Below are positions 35,098 to 46,935 of a DNA stretch of 64,000 nt, piece after piece. The stretch lies in NCBI RefSeq assembly GCF_009914755.1, contig NC_060925.1, one strand, 5' to 3'. The stretch is from the human T2T-CHM13v2.0 reference genome, Homo sapiens. Each line of letters starts with the position of its first letter. Within the stretch, counting starts at the first letter, position 1. The notes under the pieces are model-generated. The model was not told where the DNA came from. It did no database searches and worked only from the letters and a program-made list of their open reading frames with translations. The translations under genes were made by a program, and so were the position numbers.

Positions 35098-36120
35098 ATA
35101 TCTGTATTTTCAAGCATCAAAACAAGATACATTAGGTTTCTATCACTCTAAAACGCTCCTATGTGCCCTTTTCCGTTTCTTCTTTCTTAGCTACATACCT
35201 TCCCCCAATTTCTGGCAAACAGTTTCTGATGTATGTCGCAGTACATTAATTTATTTTTATTCAACATGTAAAATTATACATAGTTATGGGGTAGAGTGTA
35301 ATGTGTTGATACATGTATGCATTGTGCAAGGATAAAACCAGTGTAATTATCATATCTTTCACCTCAAACATTTATCATTTCTTTGTGGTGGAAACATTCA
35401 AAATTCTCACACATATATACGTAGTGAGGTGATATCTCACTGTGATTTTGATTTTCATTTCCCTGATAATTATTAATTAACATTTTTTCATATAAGTACT
35501 GGAAATTTTTATGTCTTCTTTTGACAAATATCTAAGGACATTTGCCCATTTTTAAAATAATTATGTGCTTTTGCTATTGAGCTGTTTGGGTTTCTTATAT
35601 ATTCTGGATATTTACCCCTTCTCAAATATATAGTTTGCAAATATTGTCCCATTCTGCAGGTTGCTTCATTTTGGTGGTTGTTTCCATTGCTGTGCAGAAG
35701 CTTTTTAATTAGATAAAATCATTCTTGTCTACTTTTGCTTTTGTTGCTTATGCTTTTGAGATCTCATACCAAAAATTCTTGTGTAGTCCAAAGTCGTGAA
35801 ACATTTCCCCTATGTTTTATTTTAGTAGTTTCATATTTGCAAGTCTTATATTTAAGTTTGTAATTCACTTTGAGCTGATTTTTGTACGTGGTGAAAGATA
35901 GAGGTCCAGTTTTATTTTTCTACATGTGCATATCCAATGTTTTGGGTACCAGTTATTGAGGAGACTGTTTATATCACAATACGGCACCTTTTTGAAAAGG
36001 CACCTTTGCGAATAATCACTAGACTGTAGATGTGTAGATTTATTTTTGAATTCTCTATTCTATTTCATAGGTCCTTATGTCTAGTTTCATGCCAATTTCA
36101 TGTTGTTTTGGTTACTATAG

Positions 36121-36772
36121 TGTGTCCGGAATTTATTCCTTCTGGTGGGTTCCTGGTCTCGCTGACTTCAACAATGAAGCCGCAGACCTTCCCAGTGAGT
36201 GTTACCGCTCTTAAAGATGGTCTGTCCAGAGTTTGTTCCTTCAGATGTATCTGGAGTTTCTTCCTTCTGGTGGGTTTGTGGTCTCGCTGACTTCAGGAGT
36301 AAAGCCACAGACCTTCACAGTGAGTGTTACAGCTCTTAAAGGTGGTGTCTTGGGAGTTGTTTGTTCCTCGTGGTGGGAGCATGGTCTCGCTGACTTTGGG
36401 AATGAAGCTGCAGACCCTCGGGGTGAGTGTTACAGCTCATAAAGGTAGTGTGGACCCAAAGAGTGAGCAGCAGCAAATTTATTGCGAAGACCGGAAGAAC
36501 AAACCTTCCACAGACTGGAAGGGGAGCTGAGTAGGTTGCTGCTGCTGGCAAGGGTGGCCAGCTTTTATTCCCTTATTTGGCCCCACCCACGTCCTGAGAT
36601 TGGTCCATTTTAGAACGCTGATTGGTTGATTTTACAGAGTGCTGATTGGTGAATTTACCATCCTTTAGCTAGACACTGAGTGCTGATTGGTGCATTTACA
36701 ATCCTCTAGCAAGACAGAAAAGTTCTCCAAGTCCCCACTCAACCCAGGAAGTCCAGCTGGCTTCACCTCTCA
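36121..36772 (-). mobile_element. Solo LTR12 (HERV9) with CCAAT boxes
   Basis: Repeats of 'ggtctcgctgacttc...gtgagtgttacagctc'. Four GATTGG motifs at ~36598-36690. Ends 'ggcttcacctctca'. 4-bp TSD ATAG at 36117-36120 and 36773-36776. Confidence 0.92.
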
Positions 36773-36870
36773 ATAGCATTTCAGGATATTTTAAAATCAG
36801 GTAGTGTGATGCCTCCAGGTTTGGTCTTTTTGCTTTGGCTGTTTATAGACTTTTGTAGTCCCATACAAAT

Positions 36871-37185
36871 TTTATTTTTTGTTTGTTTGTTTGTTTGTTT
36901 GTTTGAGACAGTCTCACTCTGTGGCCCAGGCTGGAGTGCAGTGGCTTGATCTCAGCTCACTGCAACCTCTGCCTCCTTGGCTCAAGCAATTCTCCTGCCT
37001 CAACCCCCTGAAGTAGCTGGGATTACAGGTATGCACCACCTTGCCCAGCTAGTTTTCATATTTTTAGTAGAGGCTTGGTTTCTCCATGTTGGCCAGGCTC
37101 CTCTAGAACTCCTGACCTCAGGTAATCCACCTGCATCGGCCTCCCAAAGAGTTGGGATTACAGGCATGAGCCACTGTGCCTGGTC
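36871..37185 (-). mobile_element. Alu (AluS-type) with (TTTG)n tail
   Basis: 'gagacagtctcactctgtggcccaggctggagtgcagtgg...gagccactgtgcctggtc'. Confidence 0.93.
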
Positions 37186-39520
37186 TTTAATTTTTTACTT
37201 CTGTGTAGAATGTCATTGGTATTGTGACAGGGATTGTATTGAATCTGTAGATAGCTTTGGGGTGTATGGCTATTTTAACAATATTAATTTTTCCAGTTCA
37301 TAAATATGGGATATCTTTTCATTTATTTTTATCCTCTTCAGTCTCTTTCATCAATGTTTTATAGTTTTCAGAGTAGAGCTCTTTCATCTCTTTGGTTAAA
37401 TTTGTTCCTTTTTTTGTATTTATTTAAAATTGATTTTTTTGTGACTTCTATTTTCGATAGTTTACTACCTGTGTATATAAAAGATACTAATTTTTGAATG
37501 TTAACTTTGTATCCTGCAAAATTACTGATTGTGTTTATCAGTTACAAGAGATATTTGATGTCATATTTGGAATTTGCTATATATAAGCTCATGTCATCTA
37601 CAAACAGGGACAATTTGACTTCCTCTTTTCCAATTTGAATGTTTTTCATTTCTTTCTATTGCTGAATTGCTCTGGCAAGGTTTTCTAGTACGATGTTGAA
37701 TATAAGTGGTGAGAGTGGGTATTTTTGTCTTGCTCTAGATCTTAGAGGAAAGGCTTTCAACTTCTTTCTTTTCCTATGTCAGCTGTGTGTTTTTATATGA
37801 CCTTTATTGTGTTGAGTTACATACCTATTAAGTCTAATTTATTGCAGTTTTTAACATGAAGTGAGGTTGAATTTTGTCAAATGTTTCTTCTGCAGTTTTT
37901 GAAATAATCATATAGTATTATTTTTCTTTCTATTAATGTCCTGTATTACATTTATTGATTTGTGTATACTAAACCATCCTTACATTCCTGGGATAAATTC
38001 CACTTGATCCTAATGAATGACTTTTATAGTGGATTGTTAAACTTGGTTTGCTGGTATTTTGTTCAAGATTTTTGCATCTATATTCATCAGTCATATTGAC
38101 CTGCAGTATTCCTTTTTGTTATTTCCTTGTGTGGTTTTAGTATCAGGATCACACTGACCCCATAAAATGAGTTTGGAAGTATCCCCCCTTCTTCAATTTT
38201 CTGAAACAGTTTAAGAATAATTAGATTTTGTTCTTAAATGTTTGGCAGTTAAGCCATCAGGTTTTTCTTTCATGGGAGACTTTTTATTACTGATTAAATA
38301 TTTTCACTCATTATTCGTCTTTTCAGATTTTCTGTTTCTCTACAGTTCATTTTTGGTAGGTTGTATATGTCAAGAATTTTATCACTTTTTTTCTAAGTTA
38401 TCCAATTTGTGTTCATAGAGTTGTCCATAAGAGTTCGGTCATGATCCTTTGTATTTTTGTGGAATCAATTGTAATGACTCCTCTTTTATCTCTGATTTCA
38501 CTTCTTTAATCCTTTTTTCTTACTTTTGCTAGTGGTTTGCCAATTTTGTCTATTTTTAAGAAAAAAGATCTCTATGACTTTTTGTGTTATTTTTAGTCTC
38601 TGTTTTAATTATTTTTGCTCTGTTCATTATTATTTTCTTTCTTCCACTAATTCATGGTTTTGTTTGTTCTCCTTTTTCTAGTTCCTTGAGATGCAATGTC
38701 AGGTTGTTTATTTAAAATTGTTTTTCTTTCTTGATGTAGGCATTTATTGCTATAAACTTTCCTATTACAACTGCCTTTGCCATAACCAACAGGTTTTAGT
38801 ATGTTTTGCTTATTATTTTTATCTGTTTCCATTTTTTTAACTTTCCTTTTAACTTTTTATTGACCTATTTGTTATTCAGGAGCATGTTTTTTAATATTCA
38901 TGTATGTGTGTATTTTCTGTAGTTCCTCCTGTTACTGATTTCTGAACATTGTGACCAGAAAAGATACTTGATATGATCTCTATTTTCTTAAATTTGTTAA
39001 TATTTGTTTTGTGTCATAACATATGACCTATTCTGGAGAATGTTCCATGCCTAGTTGAGAAGACTGTGTATTCTGGAGCTATTAGATAAACACTTCTATT
39101 AATGTTTGTTAAGTTGTTTTGGTCTAGAGTATAGTTTAAATCCAATTTTTCTGGTTGATTTTCTATCTGGATGATCTGGTGATTGCTAAAAGTGTGATGA
39201 TAAAATCCCCAACTGTTACTGTACTGCAGTCTATTTCTTTATATCTAATAACATTTTCTTTATATATATATGAGTCCTTCAGAGTTGAGTACAGTACATA
39301 TATATTTACAATTGTTATATCCTCTTGCTGAATAGATCCCTTATCTTTTCTTATAGGTTGTCACTTAATGTCCATTTTATTTTACATAAGTATAGCTAGT
39401 TCTGTTCAGGCTGAAACTGAAGGACAGAAAAATATACTAATTAAACATGAATCTTAAGACAGCTTAAATAAACTTTTTATATCAGATCAAAATTTTAGGC
39501 AGTAAACCAAAATAAGGGAG

Positions 39521-40172
39521 ATTATATATATATAATATATATAATATATATTATATATATTATATATATAATATATATAATATATATTATATATATTATA
39601 TATATAATATATATAATATATATAATATATATTATATATATTATATATATAATATATATAATATATATAATATATATAATATATATTATATATATTATAT
39701 ATATAATATATATTATATATATTATATTATATATAATATATATAATATAATATATATAATATATATAATATATATAATATATATAATATAATATATATAA
39801 TATATATATTATATATAATATATATTATATATATTATATATAATATAATATATATAATATATATATTATATTATATATAATATAATATATATATAATATA
39901 TATATTATATAATATATATAATATATATAATATATTATATATATTATATATAATATATATATAATATATATAATAGATAAAATATATATAATATATTATA
40001 TATTATATATATAATATATAATATATATATTATATATAAATTATATATATATATTTATATATATATAATATATATATTATATATAATATATTATATATAA
40101 TATATATATTATATATAATATATTATATATAATATATATATTATATATATATTTATATAATATATATATATA
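39521..40172. repeat. ~650-bp interrupted (TA)n / AT-only low-complexity tract
   Basis: Almost entirely A/T (one G seen, in 'taatagataa'). Confidence 0.97.
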
Positions 40173-40397
40173 GTAGCTTTTCAACCAGGTAAAATTTTAT
40201 TCCACAGGAAATATTTGGCAACATTTTCAGACATCTTTGATCATCACAGTGGGGAGTAAAGGTATGTTTCTGACCTCTGGTAGATTGAGGAAAGCGATTC
40301 TGTTAAATCTTTTAAATCTCCTACAATGCTTAGACTAGCTTGCAAAGCAAAGACTTATTTCAGTCAAAATGTCAATTGTGCTGAGTTTCAGACACTA
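40171..40397 (+). mobile_element. MER20 non-autonomous hAT DNA transposon
   Basis: Follows the MER20 layout: 'ttttcaacc..atttggcaac..agacat..ctcctacaatgc..caaaatgtcaattgtgctgag'. Confidence 0.75.
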
Positions 40398-40405
40398 TAT
40401 TAGAG

Positions 40406-40858
40406 TATTATATGTCACATTGTGTTCCCCAAAATTATTTGTTGAAATCCTCATTCCCAGAATCTCAGAATGTAAACTTACTTGGAAATAGAGTCTTTGA
40501 TGATGAAATCCAGTTAATATGAGGTTAGTAGGACATATCCTAATCCAATATGACAGGTGTTTTTATAAGAAGATGATGTAAAGACAAAGACACACAGGGA
40601 GAATACCATTGGAAAACAGAAACAAAGATTTGCGTGATACAACTTTAAGCCAAAGAATACCAAGGATTGATGAGACACCACTAGGAACCAGAAGGAAAGA
40701 AAGGGGGAATTTTACTTAGACTCTTAGAGGAAGCATTGTCCTGCCAGCACTATGATTTCAGACATCTAGTATCTAGAAGGGTGAAACAATACATTTCTGT
40801 TGTTTTAAGTCGCCTAATTTATGATACTTTGTTGTTGTAGTCTCAATCAGCTAATACA
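40406..40858 (+). mobile_element. MLT1C-like LTR
   Basis: 'tctcagaatgt..cttggaaatagagtctttg', 'cctaatccaatatgacaggtg', 'aagccaaagaataccaagg', ending 'ctaataca'. Confidence 0.75.
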
Positions 40859-41192
40859 TAAGAATAATGGATAAGCAGATAAAGAGGATATAATGTTCAT
40901 CATCATGCATTAACATTATAATATGTAAAGTGATAATTGACAAGACTGTGATGTCAAATATGTATATATCTATATCTTCCCTACCCTACATCTTTTCTTC
41001 TTGCCCTATCGATATTCTCAAAAGAAAAAGTATTTCCAAATATTTATTTTGAAGTTTTGATCAATTCTTTATGAAAACTGTTGGAACAAACAAAAAGCAC
41101 ATAGTAATATAATAACAGATAATAGTATATTGTGCATAAAAAGTTTTGTTATTCTTTGCTTCCTCCACTAGTTCTCATAACTTCTTACACTC

Positions 41193-41751
41193 TGTAATGG
41201 TTAATATTAAGAGTCAACTTGATTGAATTGAAGGATGCAAAATATTGTTCCTGGGTGTGTCTGTGAGTGTGTTGCTAAAGGAGATTAACATTTGAATCAG
41301 TGGACTGGGAGAGGCAGACTCACCCTCAATCTGGATGGGTGCCATCTAATTAGCTGCCAGCACAGTTAGAAAAAGCAGGTGGAAGAAGGTGGAAGGAGCT
41401 GACTTGCTGAGTCTTCTGGCCTTCATCTTTTTCCCATGCTCGAAGCTTCCGACCCTTGAACATCAGAATCCAGGTTCTTTGGTTTTTGGTTTCTTGGACT
41501 TACACCAGTGGTTTGCCAAAGTCTCTTGGGCCTTCTGCCACAGACTGAAGGCTGCACTGTTAGCTTCCCTACTTTTGAGGTTTTGAGACTCAGACTGAGC
41601 CGCTTCTGGCTTCCTTGCTCCTCAGCTTACAGACGGCCTATCGTGGGACTTCACCTTGTGATAGTGTGGGTCAATTATCCTTAATGAACTCCCTTTAACA
41701 TATACATATATCTTACTAGTTCTGTCCCTCTAGTGAACCCTGACTAATACA
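41193..41751 (+). mobile_element. MLT2A2-like solo LTR (HERV-L)
   Basis: Starts 'tgtaatggttaatattaagagtcaacttgattgaattgaaggatgcaaa' and ends 'gaaccctgactaataca'; 559 bp. Confidence 0.9.
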
Positions 41752-42043
41752 CAAACCTAATATAAAACTATGTGGCATATAACATATATATTTCATACAT
41801 ATGCAACATTTGATGTGTAGTACTACGTGTTACAGATTATATATAATACATATCAATACAAATTGTATATGAAATATATGTTGAATTATAAGTTCTAATA
41901 TACATAGATATAGATATTTACCATATATCTATTTATACCTATATTTTATATTTATATATATTCTATCTCTAACTCTCTCACATATATAATAGGTATATTA
42001 TATATAAAATATGTATAGTATTGCAGGCAGCCTATTGTGGGAC

Positions 42044-42834
42044 ATATATATATATGTGTGTATATATACGTATATATATACGTATATATGTGTGTATATA
42101 TACGTATATATATACGTATATATGTGTGTATATATACGTATATATATACGTATATATGTGTGTATATATACGTATATATATACGTATATATGTGTGTATA
42201 TATACGTATATATATACGTATATATGTGTGTATATATACACGTATATATACGTATATATGTGTGTATATATACGTATATATACGTATGTGTGTATATATA
42301 CGTATATACACATATATATGTGTGTATATATGTATATACACATATATATGTGTGTATATATGTATATACACATATATATGTGTGTATATATGTATATACA
42401 CATATATATGTGTGTATATATGTGTGTATATATGTATATACACACATATATGTGTGTATATATGTATATACACATATATGTGTGTATATATTCACATATA
42501 TACACATATATGTGTGTATATATTCACATATATACACATATATGTGTGTATATATTCACATATATACACATATATGTGTGTATATATTCACATATATACA
42601 CATATATGTGTGTATATATTCACATATATACACATATATGTGTGTATATATTCACATATATACACATATATGTGTGTATATATTCACATATATACACATA
42701 TATATGTGTGTATATATTCACGTATATATACATATATATGTGTATATATATACGTATATATACATATATATGTGTATATATGTATATATATACGTATATA
42801 TGTGTATATATATACGTATATATATGTGTGTGTG

Positions 42835-42875
<41 letters not shown>
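42044..42875. repeat. Alternating purine-pyrimidine minisatellite (34-, 30- and 32-bp unit blocks) followed by (AG)14
   Basis: Periodicities read directly: 34 bp from 42056, 30 bp at ~42300-42420 and 32 bp at ~42480-42700. Confidence 0.95.
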
Positions 42876-42880
<5 letters not shown>

Positions 42881-43084
42881 GACAATTGACTATAATTCTG
42901 GCCAAGAAGAAAAACTAAATTTCAACTACATCAACATTACATTAGTTTACTTAGCAATACTGTAATATTTGTCCTAGGATTTTAAGAGCTATTAGTTATT
43001 TATTAATGAAAATACTAAAAATATATAAAACTATTCACTCCTAATCAAGAAAAAAATGAAAATTTGATAGATAGTATTGAAAAT

Positions 43085-43665
43085 GCCTACACTAATGCCT
43101 TCCCTCTATTGATCTTCTTGATTAGTGCCCTTCCTCACTGATTCTGGTCTTGACAAGACTTGCTTTGGCCAGTCGGGTGATAGCAAACGCAGCACAAATA
43201 CAAACTTTAAAAATGCTTGCACATTGGTTGCATAACAATGTGAATATACTTAATGCCACTGAACATTACACTTAAGATGGTTAATACGGTAAGTTTTATG
43301 TATTTTAACACATTTAAAAATAATAATACACAAAAAAGAAAAGTGCTTGTACTGTATAATATTCCTCTTTTCTGCTCTTTGACTAAGCTAGTGGAGAATC
43401 AGGAGCTATGTGGAGGCTAACTAAGTTACTTAGATGACAGCCACTAAACTCCAAATATATAAATGAGATTATTTCAGATTATCCAACCTCAGTTAACCTA
43501 CCAATTGATAAGTGATGTGTGAACTATCAAAAGAGACATGTCTCTAGCTAACAGATACATTAGAACTGATAGCTGACCAACTAATTTGTGAAAAAATAAA
43601 CGGTGCTTGTTTTAAGTCACCAAATTTTGGGAGAGTGTTATGTATAGTAAAAGTTAATTTATGTA
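43085..43665 (+). mobile_element. Old MLT1 (G/H-like) LTR
   Basis: 'gacttgctttggcca', ending 'ataaacggtgcttgttttaagtcaccaaattttgggagagtgttatg'. Confidence 0.55.
43223..43338 (+). mobile_element. Very short L1MB-type 3' end with TSD, inside the MLT1
   Basis: 'ggttgcataacaatgtgaatatacttaatgccactgaac..cacttaagatggttaa' plus an A-rich tail. TSD aaaaatgcttgcac (43209) / aaaagtgcttgtac (43339), 12/14 match. Confidence 0.75.
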
Positions 43666-43669
43666 ACTC

Positions 43670-44460
43670 AGATTGAAAACTGGGAAATTCCAAGAATTAT
43701 GCAAAGGCTAATCAAATAATTGTCAAATACTTTTACAACAATTATGTATCAATAAATTTGAAGGCACAAATATAAGAGAAACATTCCTGAAAAATATAAA
43801 CAGCCAAAATAGCATAAAAGGAAAGAGAAAACTTTGAAATGCCTAAAAAGAGTAAATATATACAATCAACCTAGTCTAATATGATTGTACAGGTGAGCTC
43901 TATCGAATTTTCAAGTAAATTTGTCCCAATAAAATTTAAAAAAATCAGTCAAGTCAACTATTCATTGTATATAGTAATTATAGCCTTGACACTACAACCA
44001 GGCAAAGATAGTACCAGGAGGAAAAGTAAAAAACTGATTTTTTTCATCAGTATAAATTTTAAAATATTTATATATACATTTTAAATTTTTATATTGTGAT
44101 CAGGCAAGGTTTGTCCTAGATATTGCAAAATGGTTATGTAAATGAGGCATGTTGTTGTTGTCGCTGCTGTGTGTGTGTAACATTAATATGAGCATATCAA
44201 AGGACTAAAGAAGGAAGAAAACAAATATAAATTTCAATATTTATAGGAAAAAATTTGAACATTTTCAAAATTTAATTCAGATTAAATTTTCTTAAAACAG
44301 AAGGATAGATCCTTACATTATAACAAAATTCAATTAATGGGAGTAAAACCGGCACATCCAAATTCATTTAAGATCAGAAATAAAACAGGATTTCTGCTAT
44401 CATTTTTGTTCTTCTTTACAATAATGTGCATCTTGTTTAACAATTTAAAGAGACATATAA
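43670..44460 (+). mobile_element. Ancient L1M ORF2 remnant
   Basis: Diverged sense ORF2-like sequence ('ccttgacactacaaccaggcaaagatagtacc', 'taagatcagaaataaaacagga'). Confidence 0.5.
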
Positions 44461-44465
44461 ATGAT

Positions 44466-44660
44466 TGTGTTAGTTTGCTTGGGATGCCTTTACAAGGTGC
44501 CACAGACTTGACGGCTTAAACAGCAGAAATGTATTGTCTCACAGTTCTAGAGGCTGGATGTCTGAGATTGACGTGTCTGTAGGGTTGACTCCTTTTGAGA
44601 GCTGTGATGGAGAAAATGTTCCATGCCTCTGGCGTAACTTGTGATGTTTTGCATCTCTGG
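44466..44660 (-). mobile_element. MLT1C/D-like LTR fragment
   Basis: 'tgtgttagtttgct..ggcttaaacagcagaaatgtattgtctcacagttctagaggctgg'. Confidence 0.7.
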
Positions 44661-45158
44661 GAAACAGTTATTTTATATAATAGTAATATGTAATATCCCT
44701 TCTTTAAGCTATCAGATTATAATTAGATTCGTGTATTGACATGAGTGAATAATCCAGTAGTAAGGTTTATCATATTCACTGTATAAACTTTATTTAAATT
44801 TATGACTATTCTCTTCATTCATTGTATGCTATTTCACATAGTAATATTCTAAGATAGCTATAAGATTATTCAATCATAATAAAGATTTATTTTGAATCTT
44901 ACATTTGTGAAAAACATACTGAGTAGTTTTTAATCATGAAAAAAATGCATAAATTCTATTAAATAATAATACTGTGATTTGGTACAGAATGAGAACATTT
45001 TTGATTTTTGTTGTTTTATATTTCACTGACAAAAGAAAAAAAAACCTAAAAATAATTATTTTTAAAAGATTAAAGTTTAAATTAATTATTTTTACCAAGA
45101 AATAGATATATAATTCAATTAAAACAAAAACAATTGAGTCTTTCTGTATATCCCATAG

Positions 45159-45301
45159 CCAGCTGCAATTATAAAGATGCACACACACAAAAGAGAAAGA
45201 GGAGCAAAAAGAGTGAAGAAAACATGTCCATTTATCAGAAAATAAATATACAAGTACAATAGAAGAAAAGGGGGTAGAAAACATTTTGAAGATTTAGAAA
45301 G
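45159..45301 (+). other. Candidate non-coding internal exon
   Basis: Acceptor 'tctttctgtatatcccatag|' and consensus donor 'AAG|GTAAGT'. 143 bp, GAA-rich, with stops in all three frames. No transcript evidence is available. Confidence 0.3.
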
Positions 45302-45864
45302 GTAAGTTCATTACCACATAAAATATCTTTCTAAAGCTCCGTTCTTTCAAGTGATTTTTTCTTAAAATTTCCCTTTGTGTTCTGAATTTGCCTATAAACT
45401 ATTGCTGAAACTATCTCAGGCAGTATATTTTTAATGATTTAATTCTTAGAGAATCTCCTCTGGGTGAACGCTAGGGGCAGGGATTGTTCTATAGATGGCA
45501 ATGGTAATAGGCAAAGAGGTAATAATTTGAGTGTTAGATAAAAATCCAGGTCAAAGCTGCTTTACTACTCTATTTCAAATCATCTTTAAAAGCTATCATT
45601 AGATATTGTCTTTACTGATTAATATTAAAAGACTACTAGCAGTATTAAATTATACAACAATTAGTACTTTCTGTAAGCAATATTACCAATATGAATAGGG
45701 AAAACTAGTATTTAGTTTACATAGAGAGTTTGGAGTATATCCCTATGTTTCTCAGAAAACATCCTATTGTTTTGTGTATGTTCTGTATAACTCGTTTGTT
45801 TTTTAAAAAATCATACCAAGAGATAGAAATTTTTAGTGCCTGCCAGTGTGTAGCATTTACTTTT

Positions 45865-46125
45865 CTAAAAACTAAAAATTGTATGTGTTTATGGTATAAA
45901 ACGTATTTTGACATATATATACATTGCAGAATGGCTAAATCAAGCTAATTACCTTTCCATTACCTCACAGACTTTTTTTTCTTTGTGTGTGGTAAAAACT
46001 CTTAAAATCTACTTTCTTAGCAACTTTTAAATACAGAATACATTGTTCTTAACTGTAGTCACCTTGCTGGGTCTCTTGAATTTATTCTTTCTGTCCAACT
46101 GAAATTTTGTATCCTCTGACCAACA
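45865..46125 (-). mobile_element. L1MA (7/8-like) 3' UTR fragment
   Basis: 'aatggctaaatcaagctaatt..cattacctcaca..ttaaaatctactttcttagcaa'. Confidence 0.75.
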
Positions 46126-46179
46126 GAGAAATAGAAATACTAAAAGGATGAATGTATGTATCACACATCATTCATCAGG

Positions 46180-46570
46180 TAAGAAAATGTGGCACATATA
46201 CACCATGGAATATTATGCAGCCATAAAAATTGATGAGTTCATGTCCTTTGTAGGGACATGGATGAAATTGGAAATCATCATTCTTAGTAAACTATAGCAA
46301 GGACAAAAAACCAAACACCTCATGTTCTCACTCATAGGTGGGAATTGAACAATGAGAACACATGGACACAGGAAGGGGAACATCACACTCTGGGAACTGT
46401 TGTGAGGTGGGGGGAGGGGGAGGGATAGCAGTAGGAGATATACCTAATGCTAAATGACGAGTTAATGGGTGCAGCAAACCAGCATGGCATATGTATACAT
46501 ATGTAACTAACCTGCACATTGTGCACATGTACCCTAAAACTTAAAGTATAATAATAATAATTTAAAAAAA
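46180..46570 (+). mobile_element. 5'-truncated L1PA3-like 3' end
   Basis: 'aagaaaatgtggcacatatacacc...gtaccctaaaacttaaagtataataat' plus a short A tail. Confidence 0.92.
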
Positions 46571-46935
46571 TCAGTTTATCAATATCCACAAAATAACTTG
46601 CTGGTATTTTGATTGGGATTGCATTGAATTTATAGATTAATTTTGGAAGAACTGACATCTTGACAATATTGAGTCTTCCTACCCACAAACATGGAACATC
46701 TTTACTTAGTTCTTTTGTGATGTCTTTCATCAGTTTTGTACTTTTTCTCATATGGATCTTGTACATGTTGTCTTAAATTTATACCTAAGGATTTCATGGG
46801 GGGGTTAATGTAAATAATATTGTGTTTTTAATTTCAAATTCCACTTGTTCATTTCTAGTATATAGAAAATGATTGACTTTTTTTGTATTAACCTTGGATC
46901 CTACAGCACTGCTATAATCACTTATTAGTTCTTGC
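46571..46935 (-). mobile_element. Old L1M ORF2 fragment
   Basis: Peptide [26 protein letters not shown] in ORF 46383-46766 (-). Confidence 0.8.

Larger units (their letters stand above)
35245..39405 (-). mobile_element. L1MA-type element (3' UTR plus ORF2), host to LTR12 and an Alu
   Basis: L1MA 3' UTR 'cacctcaaacatttatcatttctttgtgg', then antisense ORF2 down to the endonuclease region. The sequence resumes across both inserts. Confidence 0.85.

Noticed and set aside
41952-42965. Long ORFs (157-314 aa) rich in Y/I/V/C/T/H
   Set aside because: Translations of an alternating purine-pyrimidine repeat that lacks stop codons; not genes.
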